Source: Euglena gracilis
Taxonomy: Eukaryota
NCBI GenBank assembly: GCA_039621445.1
Contig: CP154954.1
Location: 6,397,425 to 6,461,424, forward strand
Length of the DNA stretch: 64,000 nucleotides
Direction: 5' to 3'
Both the position numbers and the translations under genes were made by a program. This document shows, in pieces, positions 10,725-64,000 of the stretch. Below the pieces are notes generated by a model that saw nothing but the letters and a program-made list of their open reading frames with translations, had not been told where the DNA came from and did not search any database. How positions within the stretch are numbered: the first letter of the stretch is position 1; each line of letters opens with the position of its first letter.

Positions 10725-13549
10725 ATACCGAACAGCAAGGGGGGACAAGCTGCCCCCCCTTACTGTTCCCATGGAACTGACCAGCCAAGCTAGACCTAAA
10801 AGGTCACTTAAAATGGCAAAATGAAGCCTTCACATGCTTGAAAATTGCACCTCCAATATCCATTTTGGTGTTGGTTTGGAGTTTGATGGGAAGCAGAGCA
10901 CGTGGAACCAACCAAAAATTTCCGTTTTTAACCCTAACAAAAAGTGCCTTGACACTGTGGGGGTGTATGAGTCGCGGGGGGGGTCGCGGGGGGGTCGCGG
11001 GGGGGGGTCGCGGGGGGAATGTGGCAGTTTTGACGGGTCACGTGTGACCAGTGTGACCGGACATACAACGTCACATGTGACCTATTTTTAGAACTTTTGA
11101 TCCAAAAATAGATCCAATTAGGAATTTATCACGCATTTTTGGCAATTTTGACTCCTAATTTGGTGCCAATTCCTAATTTAAGGTGCTATTTTTGACTCCT
11201 ACTGGGATCCGGAAACCCTCCATGTGTGGGTCGCGGGGGGGTCGCGGGGGGTCGCGGGGGGTACACCCCCTGTGCTGTTCCCATCTCCCCAATGGGAACA
11301 GCAAGGAGGGGAACAGTAAGGGGGGCATTGTAGACTGTATGTACAGCCTGAAGGTTCAAACACTGAACTTGAATGGGGTTCACAATGACAACTCCTGACC
11401 CTAACCCAGTTTACAACACTACCCCGGAAGAGGAAGAGGAGTCATAGGATAACTGAAAGGGGGGTCATAGAATAACAGATAAGCACCGGTCCGGCGACCC
11501 AAGGGGGTTAGGCGCGCTGCTCGGGGGGGGGCTGGGACCCCCCCCCCGCCCCCCCCTCCCCCCACTGTGCCCAGCTTCCCCAAGAAAAAAAATTCGGGAA
11601 AAATCCGACTTTTTGAGGCCCCAAAATGACATTTTTGGACAAATTTGGGGTTGCGTGCTCCATGCGTGGCCAAAAAGCATTTTTTTTGAAAAAAAATGGT
11701 CCAAAAATGGCCAAAAATGACCACTTTTTGGACCCGAAAAACACCGATTTTGGGACGCGCGCCGCCCACGCGGCCGCCCTCGGACCCCCCCTCCCCCCCC
11801 CCCCCGCGGCAGCTCACCCCCCCCTCAGCCCCCCCCCCCCCCTGCTGTGCCTAGCGTCCCAACCCAACCATCAAACACCCCCATACTCAGAAGAAGCCCC
11901 CTTGCAAAATGACCAAAGTCCACTGCCTGATCTCCCAAGACCTGGCTGCAGTTGGACGCCTCCTCCTCCCTTGGACCCCGCAAGGGAAAAATAAGTCAGA
12001 TAGACATGGGGTTAAAAAAATATCCGAAATGCCAAATTTGCACTTCAAACAAGGCGATTTTTTCGAATTAGCGAAGTTTAGGCAAATCACCCTCCCTCTC
12101 TGTGTTCAGGAAGACCTGTTGTCTTCTTTCCCCCTGCCTGTCTGCCGCCTTTGTGTGCAAGGTACGGGCCCGTTGTAGGATGACAGATAAGTGCCGGACC
12201 CGCCCCCCACCCCGCAGTACAGGGAGACAGATGATCTTCAAGCAGGGATAATTCAATCCATTTGCAAGTCAGATGCTGGAGACATGCAACACCCCAACAT
12301 AGGAGGCGGGACGGACCCCACCCCAGAATTGGTTCCTGCTAAGCGCTTTAAATGGAGTGAACAAAGCAGTGGGGCATACAAGTCAACTTTGTACGTTGAT
12401 TTGAGCTTCCGATTTAGCTGCCTGTAACCTTGGGCTGCAGTGTACATCTGAGAAAAGGGCAGATAAAAATGAGGACACGCTTCATGCTGGGGACACATCT
12501 TCGAAATAGTTCTTACGCCAACCTCCAACGCTCCACACCTCCTTCTTGCAAGCATTGAAAAGGATTATTGGCTTCCCGCCTTTTTCTTCATCCTTCTCTT
12601 CATGCGATTTTGGATCCCCCCGAACAATGGGCTCTTCATTCATCGACACTCAATAGTGTCTTCACTCACAACAAACAAAAAAAAATGGCTGGGTGAGGAA
12701 AGCATAATAATTGCCATACACTTTCGCGAACTGGGCATTCTTTCCGCGTAAATTTCTTGGTCAAATTGAAGCTTTGCTTCTCTCTGGTCTTTTGATCGTG
12801 GTCATCATCATTTGGTTTTTTCTTTAGACATGCGTACAAGAATCATCTCTTATCTACTTTTAATATCTGTTGGAGCACATTCCAGTTCGATAACAGGTTT
12901 GCCTTTGGCCACCTGCAACTGAAGAAATGGCTTGCACAACTTGGCACTTGGATTTTCCATTCCCTCAACCAAACTTTGCAAGTTGATGTCTTTTGACAAT
13001 GCTGTCCTTGCAAATTGAACCTTGGGTTTGAGATTCTTCATTGGCTACATCCGACTATGCCGGTGAAATTTTCTCTGTCGAAAGTTTGGGTTATGAACGA
13101 GTAGGGTCAGGGTCAGCAATTCAGGTTTACCTTCAGACTCATATTTAGGCATAAATTTAAGCCCAAATCCTGACCTTGGGAGCCCTTGTAATCCAATTGG
13201 ATCGGGACAGCACAGTGATGAGGGTCCGAGACCACCCCCAGGGAAAGTCGAGTCAAAATCCTCAGCAAGGGTCGAAAAACTGTTCCCAAAAAGCACTTTT
13301 TTGGGAGGTTGACCAAGTTTTCACACCTTTTTCTCAACGACAACCAACAGGGCCTTTTGTGAGACCGGTGGTTGGCGCTGGTGGGCACCATTTTCAGTGC
13401 TGTGCTGGTTTTTTGGCGAAAACTCCCAAATCAAGAATTATTCCTGAAATGGGTTGGCATCAGGGAGGCCAGATACTGCGGGGGAGGGCTGGACCCCATT
13501 GTACACACGCTGGCCGTGTATTCCCTCCCTGAAGTCCCCCCCCTAAATT

Positions 13550-13854
13550 GGTACTTGTCTGTTAGTCGATCCACGGCAGTGCATCAAGTCTGTTAGTCGA
13601 TCCACACCCTATTCCAGCCTATTCAATAGGAATGACCACTTTCAGTGCAAAACAGGATGTGTGACGTCATAATTTGACCATGTGACGTCATACACGAGCA
13701 AAATGATGACCGTATGACGTCATACTTGAGTGTGTGACCCAGGGATGACGTCATAAGGTCCAAATCAGCTGCATATTTGACGTCATCAAAGCATAGGGGA
13801 AGAAAGGGTGTGGATCGAGTCGTTTTGCCGTGGATCGACTAACAGACAAGTACC
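13550..13854. mobile_element. Merlin/IS1016-like MITE
   Basis: 29-bp perfect TIR ggtacttgtctgttagtcgatccacggca; 8-bp TSD cctaaatt at 13542-13549 and 13855-13862. The TIR start GGTAC fits the Merlin GGNRM consensus. Five internal tgacgtca motifs. Confidence 0.8.
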
Positions 13855-14775
13855 CCTAAATTTTGGTGTTTTTCTGAGTTTTGGAACTTTGGCAAAACCG
13901 GTGAAAGTCCCCCCCACTTCTGGAGATGCCAAGTGGTTACACAAGGATCATTCAGAGAACACCTTTTTGCAATTACTCTTTCCTTTGCACGACTGATGTG
14001 GACTCTTTTCGCATGCTCTTGCAATACCAAAGCTTTAAATCCACTGGGGGCAGAACAATTGGAGCCACCTCCCTGGATGCACTTGTGATTCCCCCCCAAT
14101 TAGTCGTTCGTTTGTGGGGGGACAATTAACCACAGTTGATTAAAATTTGATTAATCGCTTGTGACCCCCAGTCAATCTCTTCTGTTTCTTTGTAGAAGAA
14201 GAGATGTTCTGAGGTTGGGAACATTTCTTCAAAGAAGATGGCAAGGTTTTGTGCAATGCCAATGTGGATGAAAAATCCTTTCCAAAAGCCTTAAAATGTC
14301 ACATTTAAAACTCTGTTTGATGCAACATTTTCTGGACACCAAAATTTGTGGGTCCCCTGGCCCACTTGGTGAGTGAGGGGGGGTGTTCTCCCCGTGCCCC
14401 CCCCCCCCCGCGTCCCCGCGTCCCCCCCCCGTCCCGGATTTTGGCTCGGCACATTTTTCCGTAATGACGTCAAATAAAATGTGTGGGGGAAGCCGGGCCA
14501 CATTTCCCCCCGCGTCCCCCCCCCCCGCGTCCCGAACCACCCAGGGAATCAGCCATGCTAACGCCGGATGTTGCTTTTTGTTTTTTTTTGAAAAAAGTGA
14601 TCCAGTGGCGGTTAATCGAAATTAATTGAGGGAAAGGCACGGTTAATCAAAAATTGCGATATCGACGCCTGGCCCCTGATTAACCATGGTTAATCGCTTG
14701 ACCTTAAAACCTATTTTCTGGGCCCGACGCCTGTCTTGAAATTCTACTGACATTAACGGATTTCAGGCTGAAATT

Positions 14776-14863
14776 GTTTATGTCGGTCGATTTCCATTCA
14801 GGCGCCCGTTTATGTCGGTCGATTTCCATTCAGGCGCCCGTTTATGTCGGTCGATTTCCATTC
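14776..14863 (+). repeat. 32-bp direct-repeat array, left end of the YR element
   Basis: gtttatgtcggtcgatttccattcaggcgccc at 14776, 14808 and 14840 (partial). Confidence 0.95.
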
Positions 14864-15870
14864 CATTGAAATCTGTTGCTGGTCAAATGCAGGACAGGGA
14901 AATCACAGCGACAGGGAACATAGCTCAGTTGCCGAGCAGACAGGTTGATGAACAAGGCCCCTTTTGGAAGGGGACAGTAGACGGAGGAGGGTGACAAATG
15001 GCGGTGTGCACCACAGTGGTGCGAGCTGCAAGGCAGCTGAGGAACAAAAACTCACATCACACAACAATGGGTATCACATGTCACTCCATGGCCTTGTGGC
15101 ACCCCTCACACATCCACCCGAAAACGGGGCGGGTGACGCAGGTTAGCACAACGCCAATGCCACCAAACAGCACAGAGCTCACAACGAACGCCCCGCATGT
15201 CACGACAGTCCGTTTTTTTTGGGGATAGGAACACTGCACACCCCACACAACGGACAGTCCGCAGGGGAAGGCAAGGGAAAAACGGATGGAATGTTCGCCG
15301 TGCTCACTGCTACGGGGGCACCCTCCTCCGCCGGGGGCGCCTCGAACATGAGCTGCCGCAGTTGAGTAATCACTTATTACAGACATGCAGACATGGGACG
15401 TGAGCAGTTGCAAAATGACGAATCTGATGGGAACAAGTTGCGGCGTTCCGCAACTGCCCGGCATCGTCCGGGCACTCCTCCAGTTTGAAGGAGCGGACGG
15501 GCACGCACCAGCGCTGCAGCTGTAAAAAATGAAGTGCGTGACATTTTACCTGTGGACATTTTACTACCTTTGCAGTGTATTCCTGTTTTTGCGATTCCGT
15601 CATGACGTCGAGCTTGCCACACGGTTGTGACAGGATGTCACTGATGTCCTCATCGACATCTATGGGCTCCTGCGGCGTGCCCATCAACCGCCGCCGCTTT
15701 GTGGAACGAGGAACCTGAGACGTGTGAGTTAGCATTACCGCTTACCGTTTGCTGAGAGTGTCACCTTCACTGCTGGTCGCGTCTGCGCAACAACCGTGTC
15801 TGCGGCAGCAGGCACCGGTGGTTGGTCGTCCTGCAACGCGTTTGCATCATGAAGTTCATGGCACGGTACA

Positions 15871-16215
15871 TCCTGTGGGGGGTAGAGCGGGTGGGGGACA
15901 CGACCCCAGGCAAATTTGTTGCACCTCTGTCATCACGTCGCACAGTTCCACGTGTTGGGGTTCAGCAGGTGCCTCAGTGGGGGGTGCATCCTGTGGGGGG
16001 TAGAGCGGGTGGGGGTCAGGACTCTAGGCTCTGTGTTGCACCTCTGTCTTCGCGTCCCAGGGTTCCAGGTGTTGGGGTTCAGCAGACGCCTCCGTGGGGG
16101 GTGCATCCTGTGGGGGGGTAGAGCGGGTGGGGGTCAGGACCTACGGAACTCTGTTGCACCTCTGTCTTCACGTCGCAGGGTTTCAGCTGTTGGGGTTCAG
16201 CAGACGCCTCAGAGG
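15871..16215. repeat. ~118-bp tandem repeat (3 copies) in the YR C-terminal tail
   Basis: cctgtgggggg(g)tagagcgggtggggg...tgttgcacctctgtc...gttggggttcagcag at ~15871, 15990 and 16107. Confidence 0.85.
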
Positions 16216-17479
16216 GGGAAAGTGCCTCAGCCGCGCTTTCAGGAGGCTCAGCCTTCACAGCCCCCACAGCCTCCCCCTTGGTTACGCCTGCCAAAATGGC
16301 AGCCGCAACCCTGGGCGTCCCCGCCGTCATGCGGTGGTACACCCCCACGGTTTGCCTGGCAACCCCAAAAAACTTTGCGACGTCCTCCCGTGGCAACTCG
16401 GAGTTGGCCAGGCGTGTCATCGCGGCACGCCTGGCCAAATCCTTGAAGGTAAGCTGGCGCCCCAAACAGCGGGAGACCCAGCTTGCCACACCACGGAAAA
16501 AACCTTCGCCGATTGGACCGTTGCCCAAGCTTTTGGAAAACGGGGTGACAGTGCGGGAAAAAAAAATCATTTTCCCCGGAGACAGAGCTGGAAGCTCCTG
16601 TCAACAAACCGCACTGGCGTTCAAAAGCCGCAATGGCGCAAACTGTGGGATCCGCAGAGGGGGCAATAATTTGTCTGAACAAATGGGCGTCGTGGGCCAT
16701 GTCGGCTGGCATGTTTTTCATGGACCCGACCACAAACTTTAGACTTTTCTGCCCATCCGTTTTCACAACTTGCAGGGATTTGGTTGTGAGACGACAAAGA
16801 ACTTCGGCACGCAGTCCCGTCCGGAAACCAAAAACCAGCAAATTGTACCTTTGCATTTCCAGGACGCTGTTTGGGTTGTACTGCGTGCTGAGAGAGAAAA
16901 GTTCCGCCTCCGTCAGAATCCCTGTGTCGGTCCTTTGGGCAGCTTGCACGGCACGCACCCCTCTCTCACGTTTCAGCACTGGGGAGATAAATTCATTGGT
17001 CAGCGGGAACTGCCGCTGCGACGAGGCGACCAGGGCGATGGCAGGGGCAGACTGGTTGTACGCACGCATGAGAGCGTTCACGTACGTCCGCCAAGGCTCT
17101 GCCGAAGTTTCCTTGGGTGAAAAACTTTATCTGGCCCGTTGATCGTTGCAAAGTTGCACCCCAGCCGGCGTATCAAAAGATACACAGCCTGGATGACACG
17201 CCGTCCCCATGCCCGCAGCAATTCGTCCAACGAGCCATACACTACAGCCTTTTGCTCACAAAAATCAACAAACCCCAAAAAATTTGTAATGCTGGCTCGT
17301 TGAACGTTCTGGGCACCACTTAATTTCTTGGGAGGCGAGGCAAACAACGGACCATTCACCGGATCATCGTCCTCCTTTTTTCCACCAGCCGATAAGTTAC
17401 GAATCACTGCCACGAAATCCTCCAAGGGGGGTGGGGGGCTCAAACTGGCCTCCATCACTAGGCTTGCACGGCGGGCCAT
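16079..17479 (-). pseudogene. Intronless tyrosine recombinase, disrupted (frameshifts near 17190 and 16560, in-frame TAA near 17128)
   Basis: Ordered YR motifs: FRTGLRAEVL (catalytic R), GSMKN (K), DPTVCAIAAF, NDFFF, GPIG, LTFKDLARRAAMTRL (box B variant), DVAKFFGVARQTVGVY (catalytic Y). A degenerate repeat-rich tail probably continues to ~15370. Confidence 0.8.
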
Positions 17480-17562
17480 GAGGGGGACTGCGGAACCACA
17501 GAGGAATTCACGCACGGAAACAGCACGCAGAAGAGACACACCTCTGGCTGAAGACCGGAATC

Positions 17563-17730
17563 TGTTTAGGTCAGTCGATTTCCATTCAGGCTGAAGTTGT
17601 TTATGTCGGTCGATTTCCATTCAGGCGCCCGTTTATGTCGGTCGATTTCCATTCAGGCGCCCGTTTATGTCAGTCGATTTCCATTCAGGCGCCCGTTTAT
17701 GTCTAACGGTTTCCATTCAGGCGCCCGTTA
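17563..17730 (+). repeat. 32-bp direct-repeat array (~5 copies), right end of the YR element, same orientation as the left array
   Basis: Same unit; both arrays also include the variant ttcaggctgaa(a/g)ttgtttatg. Confidence 0.95.
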
Positions 17731-17828
17731 ATGGGCCAAAAACCACTTTTTTGGCCATATTTCCGTCCAGGCGGTTCGGTCGAATGAATATCAAGACAGG
17801 CGTCGGGCCCAGACAAAATAGGTTTTAG

Positions 17829-17932
17829 AAAAATCGACCGACACTAACAGATTCAGCAGGGGCGCCGGGCGGCTCGCTTCGCTCGCTCGCACCCAGCGCC
17901 CCTGCTGAATCTGTTAGTGTCGGTCGATTTTT
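17829..17932. repeat. Long hairpin: 37-bp perfect stem with a GCTC-repeat loop
   Basis: aaaaatcgaccgacactaacagattcagcaggggcgc / gcgcccctgctgaatctgttagtgtcggtcgattttt; the loop contains gctcgcttcgctcgctcgc. Confidence 0.95.
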
Positions 17933-18487
17933 GTATAGAAAATGACGGTTAATTGCGCAACCTTGATTGGAGACCATGGACTTCCATGGAAACATACTCC
18001 AAGCGAATTCCGGATGCCGGTACACTTCATTCCACTGAAGAGTAAGAGCATTCTGTGTGGAGACAAGGGAAGTGTACCGAAACGTTTCCCCCTTCCAGAA
18101 TTTTTGGGAAATACGGCCGGGACCGTAGATTCGTGCGAACTCAACTGGACAGGGGTCGGGAGCGCAAAGTGCCGAAATTTTTTGAAAAATAAGTGTTTTT
18201 TTTTTTTTTTTTTTTTTTTTTGATGAATTTTTAAATAATTTTTGAGAATGGCCATTTTGGCCATTTTCGGCCATTTTGGGGGCCAATTTTTGTCGAGTCT
18301 ACCAGTCCAGTCAGGTTCTAGGAAGGGGGGGGGGGGGGGGGTCACCCGGACCCCCCAGTGGAGTCAGGAACTGAACTGGACAAGGGGAATGAGGGGTCCA
18401 AAAATGAACTGAACTGGACAACCTAGTCCCCAAGGGACGTCCCCGAAACAACCAAAACAAAACACCAAAACACCCCCCCCCCCCAAT

Positions 18488-18914
18488 CAGGCTTTTGCTT
18501 AAGGGATTGCAGTAGGGATTGCAGGGGGGGGGGCTGGGCTGCAGCTAGTCCAAATTTGGCTAGTGGGATTTCTAGCAGACCCCCCGGGGGGGGGGGTCTG
18601 CCAGCAGGGCTAGCTAGTGGAAATTTTTTTTCTAGTGACCGGCGCGAAGCGCCGGAATTTTTTTTGGGACCCCCAAAAATGGCCAAAAATGCCCATTTTT
18701 GGCCATTTTTGGGAATTTTTGGAACAAAATCAGCCAAAAACCTCTTAAAAACCTCATTTCCACCTCGGCGCACAGCGCCGGAGGAAAATTTTTTTCCAGT
18801 GGGGGGGACCCCCGGACCCCCCCGGGGGGGGGTCCTAGCTAGTCCATTTTTTCCAGTGTCTAGTCGATTGGCTAGCCAGTACCCCCCCCTGGGGGTCCTT
18901 AAGCAAAAAGCCTG
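18488..18914. mobile_element. CAG...CTG MITE with 8-bp TSD (hAT-like)
   Basis: TIR caggcttttgcttaagg / ccttaagcaaaaagcctg; flanks cccccaat / gccccaat. Confidence 0.85.
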
Positions 18915-19106
18915 GCCCCAATTGATTTCTCAGCCCCTCAGAATTGCTGAGGCCATTTGCAATCCCTCACCATAAACTCCCCCTGGAAAAGCAGGCAGTG
19001 GGGGGGCAGGGTGGAGTGGTTGCAAAGCGGAGGACAGTGTTTCAAACGGTCCAAACAATCCTGAATTAGTTCAAAGGTTTTTTCTTGCGTCTCTCTCCTT
19101 CTGCAG

Positions 19107-63636
<44,530 letters not shown>

Positions 63637-63822
63637 GGCCAGCGCCGGACCAACGTCCTGTCCATCCGATTGGGACGACCCTCCCCCCTTTCTGCGCTGA
63701 CCCCCTGTGCTGATCAGAAAATGCCCCTGGGGGGATGTGGCTCACCATTGCTTGACGTGTGTCCGACCCCCCCCCCCCCGGGTGGCTTAATTGTTTTTTC
63801 GGAGGGTCCGACCAGGCACCTA

Positions 63823-63996
63823 TGCCGACCGCAGCCGACCGCAGCCGACCGCGGCCGACCGCGGGTTTCAGGACTGTCATAGGTGGGGTGCCGACCGCAG
63901 CCGACCGCAGCCGACCGCGGCCGACCGCGGGTTTCAGGACTGTCATAGGTGGGGTGCCGACCGCAGCCGACCGCAGCCGACCGCAGCCGACCGCGC
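63823..63996. repeat. gccgaccgca 10-mers inside a ~67-bp tandem unit
   Basis: gccgaccgca x3-4 + gggtttcaggactgtcataggtggggt, repeated. Confidence 0.9.
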
Positions 63997-64000
63997 AACT

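Larger units (their letters stand above)
14705..17932 (-). mobile_element. Tyrosine-recombinase-encoding DNA element (Crypton-like) with inverted ends, subterminal direct-repeat arrays and a terminal hairpin
   Basis: Inverted pair 14705-14739 and 17791-17827; 32-bp arrays at both ends; YR ORF inside; hairpin 17829-17932; no RT or RNase H seen. Confidence 0.8.

Noticed and set aside
11890-12171. Possible 5' exons of the large plus-strand gene (e.g. ~12108-12162, ending caag|gtacg in phase 1)
   Set aside because: The splice-like sites have no homology or signal-peptide support.
14776-17730. 32-bp repeats as a CRISPR array or LTRs
   Set aside because: The units are head-to-tail without spacers; no cas, gag or RT genes.

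Overview
Eukaryotic, very intron-rich, repeat-dense DNA; almost all ORFs in the supplied track are artefacts of repeats. GT-AG introns with GTGTG/GTGCG-type donors occur together with non-GT-AG introns that have N3-CAG...CTG-N5 paired ends, which points to a euglenid (inference). Contents: (1) a 160-bp satellite (1-4293). (2) Minus-strand IFT52 exons (5178-7086). (3) A Merlin-like MITE and a ~3.2-kb element (14705-17932) that encodes a disrupted, atypical tyrosine recombinase and carries inverted ends, 32-bp direct-repeat arrays at both ends and a terminal hairpin. (4) One large plus-strand gene (>=19107 to >=63636) for a modular extracellular protein: choice-of-anchor-A-like domain, 6 LNR repeats, ~20 Ala/Pro/Thr/Gln-rich phase-1 exons, thrombospondin type-3 repeats and a second choice-of-anchor-A-like domain. 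The most striking pattern is a set of CAG...CTG-ended MITEs with 8-bp TSDs. One interrupts an exon exactly as a nonconventional intron, and the 3+5 nt splice geometry removes precisely one TSD copy, which suggests a transposon-to-intron system. Exon models were built by eye with no transcript support. Homopolymer assembly errors are possible.
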